Source: Moniliella sp. 'wahieum' (lineage: Eukaryota). Taken from it: a stretch of DNA of 64,000 bases. A model generated the notes under the pieces. The model did not search any database, was not told the DNA's origin, and saw only the letters and a list, made by a program, of their open reading frames with translations. The stretch is taken from NCBI GenBank assembly GCA_003971905.1, contig RSEE01000107.1:62001-126000 (forward strand). The letters run 5' to 3'. The number at the start of each line of letters is the position of its first letter. Positions within the stretch are counted from its first letter, which is position 1. Position numbers and translations under genes: made by a program. This document shows positions 25,379-38,665 of this stretch, piece after piece.

Positions 25379-28300
25379 ATGGCAAAGAACCATCGCGGAG
25401 CACCTCGCGGACGCGGGGGACGTGGCGGAGGGCGTGGCCGTGGCGGACGTGGCGGACGCGGTGGACGCGGTGGCACCTCAGGTCCCGGTCGGGGCAAGTT
25501 CCCTTCCGCCTCAGCCGCGGCCAACTACCTCGATGGGGAGGACGACGCATTGTTCTCTACTGATGCAGACGTTTTGGAGCAACTTATTGGAGTTTCGTCG
25601 TTTCGCATGAGGCCGTCAGGGACTAGGCCTGGGCCTGGGACTGGGTCTGGGACTGGGTCTGGGACTGGTGGCGGTGCACCCCCACCCGCTCCCGCACGCT
25701 TTCGCTCTGATTCCCGTCGTGCCACGTCTACTTTATCAGCGGACATCCTCTCGCCCGCGCGCCTCGCGCCCGGCCACGTCAGAGGAAGGATTGCAGGGCC
25801 GGACGTATGTGAATGGCGCCTGGGCGTACCAGTTGGACTACACTACGATCAACCAACAGGCTCGCCGTCGTCGGAATCTCAATCTATTCGCCCCCGATGA
25901 GAATACGATGGTCGGTGGGCAAGATGAAAAGGAAGAGGGAGAGAAGGAGGTACCTGTGCCGGTGGTAGCTGCCCACGTACCTACCGATCCTCTTGCCGCT
26001 CGTCTTCCTCGGCCTTCGCGTACCCAACGCGATCCGCAATCCACGTCCACCGGATCAGGATCGGCATCGGCATCGGGATCACGATTAGGATCGGGACTGG
26101 GTGTGCGGGCCCCAGCGCACGCGGGCCTGGGAGCGCGACGGGGTGGTCCCGCAAGCAAAGAGCGGGGTCCGGCGCCATTATTTGTCAAAGCGCGTGGCGA
26201 ATGGAAGAACGGGGGGTACTTTCTGTTTCCAGGGCAAGAGCCTGTGGCCGGAACGGAACAACTAGTGTTGGGTCCTGTGGTGCCTGCCCCGTTTTTGGAC
26301 AATGATCATGGCGAGGTAGGAGAGGAGAACGTTATGTTCCAACCTACCCCGGCCGACACTTCCATCTCGATGCAAGATTTGTTCAGTTTGACTGTGACGT
26401 CCAAGCCTCCCTCACCTACACTTACCCCAGCTGCTGTGGCTGCCTCGCCTGCGACTGCGCCTGCGACTGCGCCTGCGACTGCGCCTGCGACTGCGCCTGC
26501 GATGCGCCTGCGACTGCGCCTGCGACTGCGCCTGCGCCTGCGGCTGCGACTGTGGCTGCTACTGCGACTGCTACTGTCTTCCTCCGTTCTGCCCATCCCT
26601 CACACTCTTCCCCCGGTTACGGTTCCGACCCTGGGTGCATCTCGGGTCCCTCTTCTGAGTTCTAGTGGCCCAGGGGAGGCCGCGACGGCCTCAACGGTCG
26701 TTTGCACCAGTACCTCTGTGCCTGATCCTGTGCTCTCCGAGCGTGCAAGTCCACCGATCCCAACGATCCCAAGGAGCCCAGGGAGCCCAACGCGCCCAAC
26801 GAGCCCAACGAGCCCAACACGGATCCGGATCCGGCTCTATCCGATACGTTAGGGGACGAGCACCTTTTCGTGATTGACACGAACGGGGACCTTGCACACC
26901 CCGATGAAGAGTCGCCTCCTTCGTCCATGGGCATGGACATGGGCATGGACATGGACACGGGCATGCGTATGGGCGTAGCGTCGATTTTGGATGCACGAAG
27001 GTCGCTTGGATCGGACCGCGCTGGTGCTCCTCCTGCTCTGCCTGTGCCTGCTTCTCTGCCTGCGGCTTCCGGCGCGGCGGTGATACAGGGTGTTGGTCAT
27101 CTCCGGGTGATTGACGAACCGGTTGGACGGACGTGTTGCGCAACTACGGTGCAGATACAAGATCTCAGCCTGGACGGGGCCCATGTGGTAGGCCAAGACG
27201 AGATGGATATCGGAAGCGAAAGCGAAAGCGAAAGCGAAAGCGAAAACGAATTGAACCAACCTCACCGTCCCTCCGAGCGGGACCGTGTGACCCCATCGCA
27301 ACAACCGAGGGCGTCGCAGGTTCGTCTTCGTCAGCGGGCGCTGCGTGCAGCGCAGAAAAGAGCAAGATACATCGTTGCTTGCGCTTGCGCAGACGATGGA
27401 CATTGATTCCACAGACGCAAGTGGCCTGAGCGCGGAGGAGGAGTCCATGGAGGAGTCGATGGAGGAGGGTGAGGACGGGGCGGACGAGTCGACCGAGTCG
27501 ACTAGGACGCAGCAAGACCCCGATCGTTCGACTACCACCACGGCTACCACCACACAAGACACGGGCGACTTAGCTCGCATGATGACGTTCCTACGTGGCA
27601 TGGGTCCTCAAGGTCATTTGGCCATGGAGGCCTCTCTCGGAGTGGAGGGTGTGGTGGTACCCCGTTTGCAACCCGCTCTAGCCGCCTTGTCCTCCGACAC
27701 CGAGTCGGACACCGAGTCGGACACCGAGTCGGACACCGAGTTTTCCGATCGATCGCTTGGGTCGGAGGAGGTGGATAGTCGGGATGTGTCACAGGAGCTG
27801 GACGATTCGGACTCACTTGAAGGTTCTGACGACCTGAGTGGTTTGGGTGACTCGGACCTTTCAGACGATTCGGACGACTCGGGCGATTCCAACGATTCGG
27901 ACGGTTCGGACGATTCGGATTTGGATGTACTTGCAGTGGAGGAGGAGAGTGAAGACGAGGACCTGGACCTCGACGAACCTTTGCTGACAAGGGGTATGTT
28001 TCAAGGACGCAACGCCTGGGCCAATGGCGCTGCTGTAGATCCAGCCCATCTGGCTCGGCAGGCGGATGAACTCAAGTTCCGTACCATAGCCAATGGGGAG
28101 TTGGGCCCGCGGCACAATTCCAAGTCCAAGTCCAAGTCCAAGAAACATTCTCGACAAGGTATGTGGTGGATCTATCCTGTTTTTTTTTATGCTTTTTCGC
28201 GTTGGTTCGAGACGCTTTCCCTCTTCCGAGGCGCATGATGAGGATCCTGACTTGACTAACACTTTTCTTGCGTGGCTCAGCCGATCCGTCCCTGTCTGAT

Positions 28301-29346
28301 GTGGACGAGACGATGGGTTCGGACTTTGATATGACGACAGCGTTTGATGCGGCGGTACTGGACGAGGAAGATATCTACTTTGGGTCGGAAGAGGAGCCGG
28401 ACGAATGGATCCAAGCTCTCCAAGCGCAATGGGCTAACAACAAGGCCCACAAAGCTGCGAAAAAGGCGCGACGGGCCGCACTGATCCATGCGCCAGCCAA
28501 GTCAGCTGCCGAAGCACGCGGGCTCAAGAACGTGCCTAAAGCGCAGCGCAAACGACTTGCCAAGCAACAACGTCGCGCTGCAATGTACGCCGACGTACTC
28601 CAAGCAGCTGAGACGGGTGGGATCCCCTCTAGCAGGTCACTTGCAGCAGGGGGGGGGCGCACAGCCTGCACAGCCAGCTCCTCAAGGCGAACCATGATCT
28701 GGCTGCGTTCCATGCCAACGTACGCAAGAGCAAAGGCAAGGGCAAGAGTAAGAACGCCAATGGACGAAACACTTTCCCCCGCGGTCCGCTTTCGGGCAGC
28801 GCATCCGATGTGGCTGACCACTTCGCAGCGCAAGCCAAGACCAAGACCCACCGGGACCCTGCGGATCACATTACGTTTCCCCCGATGGCGAAAGGGTTGC
28901 GTGCGCTGCTGCACCAGTTGGCGCATGCGTATGGCATGGCGAGCGAGTCACAGGGCCAAGGCGAGTTACGGCACAGCGTAGTTACACTACCATTTTCAGC
29001 GGTAGGACCGAACCCTAAAGCGCCTCGGGTGGACGAGAAAACCGTGGCGCGCGTGCTGGATAAGGCGTTACGTGCGGATCGCAAGGGCGCAGGAGCGGCC
29101 AAAGGTCCAATGACCAAGCGACCTGGAGCTGGGTTTGGCGGACTCAAGGGCGCTGCATCGGCTCCGCGTAACCGCGATGGAATGCAGGTCGGATTCGGAG
29201 CCGATAAGATTGGTTCGGAAAATACTGGGTATCGGTTGTTGGCCTTGATGGGTTGGCAGCATGGTACAGGCCTCGGTCGCCAGGAAGGTATCACCGAACC
29301 CATCTCGGCTACCGTCAAGGTGACCAAAGGCGGACTGGGGTTCTAA
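25379..29346 (+). CDS. SQS1: R3H and G-patch domain protein (Sqs1/Pfa1-like)
   Basis: RGG-rich N-terminus, long acidic low-complexity middle, intron at about 28159-28280, R3H (FPPMAKGLRALLHQLAHAYGMASESQG), terminal G-patch (IGSENTGYRLLALMGWQHGTGLG..GITEPI..KGGLGF*). Confidence 0.82.
26446..26576 (+). repeat. (GCGACT/GCGCCT)n hexamer microsatellite inside the SQS1-like CDS
   Basis: Directly visible tandem hexamers encoding ATAP repeats. Confidence 0.9.
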
Positions 29347-30003
29347 TGCTAATGGCGCAATGGGTAATGGGTTTGGCGGCCAAGTGAGGGGAGGAGTACG
29401 GCCGCACCAACCTGTGCCCAGGCGCGATCGCTTGCTCGCCTCTGCGCCGGGAACTTGCATTGCGTTGCGTTGCCTCCATGCGGATGCGGTCGCATCGGTT
29501 CGATTGCCCATCTGCTCATGGCCCCATCTTGGGTTCCCCAGTCCCGATTGACGCCCGGGTGAACGGTGAACGGCAAACACGTTGAACGTTGAACGTTGGA
29601 CCTGACCCGATCAGATCTCCCGGACGTGTGTTGGGACACTAGGACACTAGTGCAGTGCAGTGTGCCAAGGGCCTAGCCGGACTCTGACGCTCCCAGCCAC
29701 TTGCATCCAGCAGCTAGCGCCGCTAGTTGCGTTCGGGGGGGAAAGCGTGGCTGTTCGGCGTGCTTCAGGCTTCTTCTCGAAACCTCGGCCGTCGTAGGTC
29801 TTAATCTTCCATTCCTAGTCACTCCCTCCTCCTCCCTCCCCGTTCATCTCTACTATCGCTCCCGAGCAATCATTATTCCATCTCTATCGTCTATTGAATA
29901 TTGATCTCCAGTTCTTGAGCTTGATTGCTGTCTCGCGTGGGACCGGGATCGGGATCGGGATGCGGTCATAAACCAAACCAAGCTGCGTGCCTACCGTGCC
30001 GTG

Positions 30004-31366
30004 CTACAGGATACCAACGGCCTTCTTGACCTGGCGCATAGTATCCTGCGCACGAGCCTGGGCCTTTTGCTTACCCTCAGCCGCGACGCGATCCAAAAAG
30101 GCCGGGTCACGATGAACCCTAGTGAGTTCAACTTGGATCGGACGTAAGGTCTCGTTGACCACTTCGGTCGCACGTTCTTTCAATGTGACCAGTCCGCCCG
30201 GACGCGCATTCAGCTCTGTAGCCACGGCAGCAGGTGTGGTATCGCCCTGCAGACTCGAGATGATCTCCAGTAACGTCGCTACCCCGGCCGAGAGTCAGGG
30301 TCGTACGATAACACCCGCTCCGAGTCCGTGACGGCTTTCTTGATTTTGCGCGCGACGGTATCGGGTGGGTCGGTGAGCATGATGCGCGAGTTGGCATCCG
30401 GCGCTGACTTGGACATTTTCTGCGATGGGTCGCGCAGCGAAGAGAGACGTGCGGTAGGAGCTGCAGGAGGAGTGGGAATTAGTGGGCATTCGTATCCTGG
30501 GTACCCTATACGCGCCACAGGCAATGTATAGCCAAAGCAAAGACAGCCAAAGACAGGCACGGGTAAAAGCAAGGACAAGGGGGCTGGGGATAGGTAGGGG
30601 GGTGGGGGGGACGTACTAATCAAGTGAGTGGGAGGCGGGAAGAGGCGCGTCTTGTACACCTGGTTGAACCGTTTGGCCAGGGCGCGGGAGAGCTCGAGGG
30701 TTGGATCTGGTCCTCGCCCACGGGGACATGGGTAGCACGGTACAGGAGGATATCAGCGGCCTGGAGGACAGGGTACGAGAAGAGGCCGAGGTTGAGGTTA
30801 CCCTCTGCATCGTCCCCTTGCTCGTCCTGCTCCGCTTCGGCCGCAGAGGAAGGAGAAGGAGGGTGGGACGAGTCCGTGCCAGTGGTCCCGGTCCCAGTCC
30901 CGGACGCAATGGCAATCTTAGATTTCCACGTGGTGATGCGCCGCAGACGACCGAAGGAGGCTTGGCAACTAAGGATCCAGCTGAGCAGTGCGTGTTCCGC
31001 CACATCCTCCTGTTGGAAGATGATGGAGCGAGAGGGGTCGAGGCCGATGGCCAGCAGCGTCGCCAGCATCTCGCGCCGCTCCTTCTGGAGCACGGCGGGG
31101 CTGTGGGGCATGGTGAGGGCATGGAGGGCGACAGAGGAAAAGAGGAGCGTGTCGTCGGGCCGGGCGTTCTGCTGGAGCTGGACCCAGTTGCGCAGCGCGC
31201 CGAGGTAGTTGCCCAGGTGCGGGATGCCGGTGGGCTGGATGCCCGAGAAGATGACGCGTGGGGGGGCGGGGGAGAGGGCGGCGGCGGCGATGTGGATGGG
31301 GGGGCGGGGGTTGGGGCGGACGCGCAGGACGCGTGGGGCGCGCAGACGCGCAGACGCACAGCACAT
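30004..31366 (-). CDS. MSW1: mitochondrial tryptophanyl-tRNA synthetase
   Basis: RVIFSGIQPTGIPHLGNYLGA (HIGH motif), LFSYPVLQAADILLY, HVPVGEDQ, LRDPSQKMSKS, KIKKAVTDS, C-terminal VKKAVGIL*. Confidence 0.95.
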
Positions 31367-31660
31367 GGCGGGGCTGAGAGCGAGGGGCTGTCCAACGAGC
31401 GCAGTCGCTAGGCGGCGGTTCGACTTGGAAGCTGAGAAGATCGGCGCGGATGAACGTTTCAACCGGGCGCTCCCAGGTGGGCCAAGCGCAGCGGTGTGGG
31501 GAAGCGGGGCGGAAGGGCCCATTCCGCCTGCGGGGCGCACGCCAAATCCCAACCGTATAATTGTGAGGTAGAGTTATGTGTACTGCATACTCGTATCGAT
31601 TGCGGCGCACTACAGCACACGCGCTCCACTCGTCCACGCGCCCACACGCAGCGCCATCGC

Positions 31661-34600
31661 CTACGCCGAGCTGAGCCCCGCGGCGCCCACGCGCGCCAGC
31701 AGGTCCTGCGTCCGCTCCCGCGCCTCCGCCACCACCGCCGTCCTGCGTTCCACAGCCGTCAGCATTCCCCCAGCCTACGTTTCCCCCCCCCCACCGGATC
31801 GTGTACATACTGCTCCACCAGCGCGCGCTTGATCTTGTCCAGCTGACTCGCCCCGAGCCGGTCCCGCGTCGACGTGGCCGCCTGCACGGTGCGAGTCAGT
31901 TGCTGAGCCTCCGTTCCGGGCGGATGAGGTCCAGCTGCGCTTCCAATTGGTCAATCTTGCGTTTGAGCGTTTGCGCTGCCTCGGTCCGTCCCAGTGCCGC
32001 CGAGGGCGCACGGGCAAATGCGCCAGACGCCGTGCGCAGCGCGGATGCCGGCGCTGGGTCTGGGTCTACCCCGACCAGTCGCGCGAGCCGGTCCAGCTCG
32101 GTGAACCACGCTCGCTCGTACACGCTCACCTCGGGTTGGTGCGCGGTATGCAGGCGCTGCAGGGTGCGGTCCAAGCGTGCGACCAGGGCTGACTGGGACT
32201 GTTCCAGCCGCGTAAGACGGTCGTTGAGCCGCGTCCGATCTGCCTCCATCTCCCCTGTCCTGGTCGCCATCGTTTTGACCTTGTCTACTTGCCGCGTCAG
32301 CTCCTTGTCCTGCAACAGCAACCGACCTTGCACCTTGACTGACGCCGAGGCAATCGTGCGAATTTCCGCACGCAAACTCTGAGCCACCTTGCCCAGGAAA
32401 CGCAGCGAGTCAGGCGTCACAGTTAGTTCTTTACCGAATTCGGCGCCGCCCGTCAAACGCGGACGAGAAGGTAGACCCGAGCTAGCCAACGGCTCTGGCA
32501 CACGGAACGGCCCTTCCTGATCAAGAAGCGAATGATACGTGTACGCCGGCTGGTCAAGTTGAGCCGCCGCCGCATCCTGGGTCACATCCTGCGCCGCCTC
32601 GAGACCGTCGGTGCGGAACTGAAATTCCCGCCCGACCAGTTGCAAGTCGGCTGTCACTGCCAGCATCGTGTAGGAAAGATACACGTCGGCCAAGACGGTG
32701 AACCCAACCACCGGCTGGCCCGGTTGGGACGACTCTGTCGGCTCGGTTGAGCCCGAGGTGGCTACGAGCCAGCCGATCGTAGAGGATAGCTGTTGGTGCA
32801 GGAACGCGTGGAGCTCCGTAAAGTCAGGTTCGTGCGCTTGGTTCCAGAGACGAACCAGTTTTTCCCCCCATGGGTGGAACGAGAGAGCATGCACACCGGC
32901 CGGGTGGTAAATGTACACCTGATCCGGGTACATTGGGTCGCGCACCACACTGACAGGACGGTAGCCAGTTTGTTCGACTTGTTTAGCGATGCCTAGATCG
33001 ACCGATTCGTACACTGACAGCACAGGCTCCGGGTCTCGTCCACCTTCTTCTACCTCCACCTTGACTGATGTCTGGGTCAGCGTGCCATCCCAACGGCTCT
33101 GCACCGGCCTCGTCGCCACTCTCGGACTCCGAGTCCGACAGCGCGATTCTTCCGGGCCGCTTTCTCTGGGAGCGAAGCTGCGAGGAGGCCAATGGGGCCG
33201 CCTTGGGGGCTTGGTGCGCCAGCGTGCCCCCACCGAATCGTCCACCACACACACATCCACCCGCCCATCATCCATCGTGATCACCAGCAAGTCCAATGCC
33301 GCCTCGCCTGCCGTGAGACGCGTGGCAAGCAGGTCGGTCGCACCGGGCTCCGTACCTCGCTCAGTTCGATTGGCGCAGGCCGATACAGGAAGGGTCCGCG
33401 GGGCGCCGGTTTCGGGTCCAGGGGCAGATGCGGGGGTGGAGAAGAACAGGCTCGTCGTCCGCGCCCAAACCGGGAGGCATTCCAACGTTTCCCCCCGGAC
33501 GTGCGTGCTGTCGTTGAGGCTGATTTTGCCCAAGAGGGTGTTGGCCGTGTCGAGTCCCAGAAGCGCATCGTGCGCTTGCTGGGTCAGGCCTCGGGCATAC
33601 CGCACGGCCAAGTCTGTCTGTCGCCCGAGAGAAGTTTGGCTTTGAAGCTTGACAAAGGTAGCTAGGTGGCGGACGTAAGATGGAGGGATAAGTCTAACAT
33701 ACAAATCGTACAGGTTAGGTCGAACCCGAGGCAAAAACAAACGGAACAGAAACAAAGGGAATCACGTACGCTTTCGAAGGCATAAAGGGCACACCTTCCA
33801 AACGTCTCCATTCTTCATCAGTGCAAACACCTCCAGTGGGCCCCACCCACGCCAGCCAATGGGCGGGCGGACATCATGCTCCGAGTCAGACGACGGCGGC
33901 GGAGGCTCCAGTGCGGGACTCAGCGAAAAGCTAACGGCGGTTGTGGCATCTGATCATCGTCCAAGCCCAGGCGGCCATGCGGTCAACAAAGAGCATGGGC
34001 GTGGCGGAACGGGCACGGGAGACAGAGCGGCCAAGATGGTCGGGCGGGCGGGGGCGGTGTCAAGGCCATCGGCGACGCTGGGGAGGAAGGAGACAGTCTG
34101 TGCCGGCTCCTCGGTAGGATCGGTAGAAGTCGTATTCGCGGAAAATCGCATCGGCAGTGAGGACGAGGAGTGAGGAGGCTGCGTTCCCCAAGGATGCAAG
34201 GGGCCTTGGCGGCGCGGGAGCCTTTGGTGTGATAAAAGCTGCCAATGGGAACGATGCTGGCGGAGAGTTCGGGGCCAACAGGGGCGGTAGAAGCGCCAAG
34301 GCAGGCAGAGATGTCGGATGCGACAGGCACGTGGGTGGCCCAGCCGTGGCGAGGGAGAATAACGACGCACAGCTGCGAGTCGCCGACGACGGCGAGGACC
34401 TTGCCCGTGGGGCTGGGCACGATGGCCTGGACGAAGAAGGGGACACGCGGTGCGAGGGGGCGGTAACTGGGCAGCGTGCCAGGGGGAGGGGCAGGAGGGA
34501 TGCGATGCGCAGCTCGCACTGGGGCGCAGCGGCGGGCGGGCGTGGCGGGCGGGAGGTTGACGGCGAGGAGCAGGTCGGTGCCGCGGACGGCCAGCAGGCT

Positions 34601-34722
34601 GGCACGGCCAGGCAGAAGCGGGACGGCGCCGGCGCCGGCAGGGAGGTGAAGATGGGGTGGCGGGGCATCTGCGTCTCGAGCCAGGTGGCCGAGTCGGGGA
34701 CGTCGGGGGCGGGGGTGGGCAT
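31661..34722 (-). CDS. NUP82: nucleoporin Nup82/Nup88
   Basis: Beta-propeller motifs (IVPSPTGKVLAVVG, HPWG..LLVLTAD..FREYD, LMKNGDVWKVCP, DPMYPDQVYIYHPAGVHAL) followed by a C-terminal coiled coil. Small last exon after an intron ends TAG 31661. Confidence 0.85.
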
Positions 34723-34922
34723 GGCGGCGAGGGGGGTGGTGGTGGTGTGGGTGGGGGTGGGCGTGCCGCTGGCCGCCGCGATGGGATGGATGCCAGTGCG
34801 ACGGGGCAAGCACAGTCGGTGCAATGCGGGCTTATGTCAGCAGCCCGTGCACGGCGCCGGCTTTGTCGTCGCCCGGCCGCCTCTCCCCGCCGGCTCGAAC
34901 CCACAGCCCAAGCACAGACAGG

Positions 34923-35064
34923 ATGGTGCCCATGCCGCTCCCGGTGCCCGTGCCGGCGTCGGCGACGGTGTCCGTGTCGCCGCACGCCAGTCCCAGTCCA
35001 GGCCTGCTGGCCGGGCTGGACTCGACGCCGCTCCCGATGCCCATGCCCATGCCCATGCCCATGC

Positions 35065-35115
<51 letters not shown>

Positions 35116-37827
35116 TCCCTGCCCATGCCCATGCGCAGCCGACGACGACGACGCCCCATCCTTCTCCAGCTGGACCAGCTGCGCCGCATACGCGACGCCA
35201 TCGTGGGCCACCACTCCCGCAAGGTCGCCTGGGCCACCAGCCCGGCTCGCTGTCGACGTGTGTCGGGCTCGTTACCCGGCCCGTTCGCTCTCTCCCCGCC
35301 GCCCAGGTCGCACGCAGGCCGCTGCCCTGCTCGGCCTGCTCGCCCAGAGCGCCGCATCCTCCCGTGCTCTCCGCACAGCTCTCCTGTCTGCCGGCATCCC
35401 CCACGTCCTGCTCACCGCCCTCCACGCGACCTGTACCGAGCTGCATCGCGCCGCCGATGCTGGCTTCCGCCCCGATCGATGAGGATTCGCCAGGGGCCGC
35501 TATGCTCACCGAGCTGATCCGCCCCTCCACGCGCTGACGCGCACACTTGCCTCCCTCTTCACTCTCCTCGCCCCGCTGGCTACGGCTCCCTCCCGGACCG
35601 GCATGGGCTACGGCCGTGCGTACTTCTCCATGGCGGAGAGTACGCTGTCGCGTCCTTCTCCTGGTCGTTGGCGTTCGCTCGCGCGCAAGTCACTCTCCTT
35701 CCCTCCCATCCACGACCCTCTGGTCCACCACACCAGCCCTCGTCCGTCCCCCCGCAGCTTCCTGACCTACTACCTCCCCCGACAGAGGAGGGGACCAGCA
35801 CCACCCCCACTGACGACCACGTTCGTGCTCAGCTCCGCCGCGCGATCCACTACCTCTACGAACCGGACCAAGTGCAGCTCTTGTGCTCCATCCTCTTTCT
35901 TCCCAACTTGTTCTCGCCAATGCTTGTTTGGGGAAGACCGGGACCGTGTGGCGAGCGCAGCGCTGGATGTGTGCAACTTGTTCTCGGCCACGTTGGCGGT
36001 CCCTTCACTTATTTCCCACTCCTCCCTCGGCGTCGAGCGAGGCCGAGCCGTACGACCCCTTGTCCGAGACGGACCAACGCAAAGACGCCATACTTGCCTT
36101 TCGCATTTCCGACTCGCTCTTTGGCTCTTTCCTCGACCCGCCTCCTCCGCTCCCTGGACTTACCGCCGATCCGCCCGAGCTCGCCATTTCCCCCGCGTTC
36201 TTCTGGATAACTCGCGCCGCACCGCGACGAGACGAAGATGGGAGCGTGCTGTCGCAGCTGGTGGCGTTGCTGGAAGAAGGCACGGAGCGAGTACAAGAAA
36301 GTGCAGGGTGGATGTTAGCGGAAATTGCTCGGGGCAAACCAAAAGTATGTGGACAACTATTACATGCAACTCACCTTCTTGTGCTCTGCCCACCTCGCTT
36401 TTGCTCGACCTACACACCCACCCCAACGTCCGCCTGCGCGTGGCAACCCTGACATGCTTTGCGTACCTGATCAAATCCCGCTCGTTTACCTCGCGCACCA
36501 GTGCCCACGTCCTCTTCCTCCTAGTTAGCCTGCTGGACGAGGGAGACGAGGCAATCCAACGTTGGCTGCTCGTGCGATTGCACGCCTGTGGCGGACGATG
36601 GGGATTGCAGTTGCGCCGGCACGTGAGATGGATGCAGTGTCCCGACTGGCGCGGGTGTGGGATCACGCCATACTTTCCTCCTCGGAGCTAGGGAGGAAGG
36701 CGTCATGCCCATTCTGGCCCATCTCAGGCCATGGCCCAGCTGGCCGAAGCGGCTCTGTCCGCATTGGCCGCACTGGCGTACGACTCCGATATGATCCGTA
36801 CCCTGCTCATTGATACGTTCCGCCATCTTGCCCCGTGTGGTGCGCAGTCTCAAGACGCACGACACCCTTGGGGATCAAGGTGGCTGGCGTACGACTCTTG
36901 CGCTCATTAGCACGCAGCGTCACGATCCTCCGTACCTCTCTGCTGGATGCAGGCATCGCCGAGGCCGTTGTTCCCCTTCTGCCTCGTCCCCGTCCCCGTC
37001 CGCCTCCTTGTCATTGTCCTCCTCCTCCTCCTCGTCGCCGTCGAGCGAGGCAAAAAGGGAAGAGGACGAAGATATTTTGTGGTGGAGGCGTTGGGCGTTT
37101 GGCCGACCTGGTACTGAGCTTTAGCCCCATGAAGCCGCGGTTGGTCGGGCCGGACGGGTGCGTGGCGCAGGTGGTGGCAGCGGCGGCGCACAGTGTGGAG
37201 GAGGTACGTGTGAACGCATTGTGGGTACTCAAGAACTTGCTCTACAATACCGACCCACATACAAAGCGAGCGTGATGGACGTGTACGGATGGGAGCAGCT
37301 GTACGTCACGGCGCAGATGGGCGGGGGGAACAGGAACAGGCATTGGGCATGGTACGCAACTAGTCGCGCCCACGGAGGAAGACACGGCGCTGGTACTGGG
37401 ACTGGGGGGGGAGGATCTATGGCCTGCTCGAGGCGGTGCTGCAAGACTATGTGCACGAGATGGTGTTGCCAACGGGGATTGAGCAGGCGGCATGGACGCT
37501 GGCCAACCTAGCGGCGGGAGGGGTTGCAGTACGACAGGCGCTCCTCGCCCGGCCCAACTGCTAGATGGGGTGGTGACGCTGCTCAGCGACTCGTATGCGA
37601 GCCTGCGCGACGCAGGGGTGGTGTGTGCGCTGAACCTGCTGCGTGCGGACGCGGCAGAGGAACGGACGATGGCAAGGGACGCGGCGCGGACGCTGCAGCT
37701 GTTTGGGCTGGAGAAGGAACTGCGCTTACTGGTCGAGTGCGAGGAAGTGGTGGACCTACAAGCGCGCGCACGCACTCTGCTCGCTTTGCTCCAGCAGCTC
37801 ACCTCCCCGCCCGGAGGGGCGCGATAA
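34923..37827 (+). CDS. ARMC8: armadillo-repeat protein ARMC8/Vid28 (GID/CTLH E3 ligase subunit)
   Basis: LRRIRDAIVGHHSRK at the N-terminus; LRSLARSVTILRTSLLDAGIA, LADLVLSFSPMK and VRVNALWVLKNL match ARMC8-type motifs as I recall them. Many frameshifts. Confidence 0.8.
35039..35133 (+). repeat. (GCCCAT)n hexamer microsatellite within ARMC8 N-terminus
   Basis: About 15 copies directly visible, some imperfect. Confidence 0.92.
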
Positions 37828-38199
37828 CACTCATGACACCCATGCCACCTGTGACGTCTATGCCACCCGCGATGTCCACATGCCATCCATCCCACTCCTG
37901 CCATTCATCTCGTCGCTCTCATGGATCCCATGGACCATCCCATCGCATCCATTCTATGAATCCCATATATTCCCTCCATCCTATCCATCTCATTCATCCC
38001 ATCTATGTCATCCACTCTATTCCTCTCGTTGATCTCATGGACCATCTCAGCCCATCGACCAGAGCTCCATTGCCGATTTTTGCTGGCCTGGTCCATTTAA
38101 CTGCTTTCGGTTCGTACCCTTGCGTAGCGCGGAGCCCAACGCCCAAGTAGAGGTTCGTGCGGGAACCAGTGTGCCGCACACTAACGCGTTGGTTTAGTC

Positions 38200-38665
38200 G
38201 GACTGACTACTATAGGCGGGCGAACTATGGCCCAGCTGTCCGTCTGAACGAGCGCACCAGGCGAAGTGCGGCTCGACTTCAGTCTGGCTTACTAGGCGGG
38301 CGAACTAGAGCCACTCCTTGGAATAGGCAATGACTTTCGGTTTGCGGCCACGTGCTAGCCTCCTGCTCGACTACAGAATGACTAACTACGCGGGAGCACA
38401 CATGCCCAGTTCTTTCTCTGCGGGAGACACTAGGTGACAGTCTTGCTCGGCTCCGGCGGGACTAGGCCACTGCACCAAGTGTCACATGTCAGGGCGGCTC
38501 TGCTATATGCATTGACTAACAAGGCGTGAGCACAAGGGTCCAGTTCTCTCTCTGAGGTAGGCACCAGAGGGCAGGCTGTCTCGGCCACAGCTGGCACCAG
38601 AGCGCAGACCAGCTCGGCAATACCCTAAGCACGCGTGAGCACAAGGGTACAGGTCTCTCTCGGAG
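38200..38665. repeat. degenerate tandem repeat array (~5 units of 80-135 bp)
   Basis: Exact TAGGCGGGCGAACTA at 38213 and 38293; exact GCGTGAGCACAAGGGT at 38524 and 38633; TGACTAAC at 38379 and 38513; GGCACCAGAG at 38560 and 38593; GCTCGACT at 38271 and 38365. Confidence 0.75.

Noticed and set aside
38200..38665. CRISPR-like repeat/spacer array
   Set aside because: Eukaryotic context, repeats not identical, irregular spacing, no cas genes.
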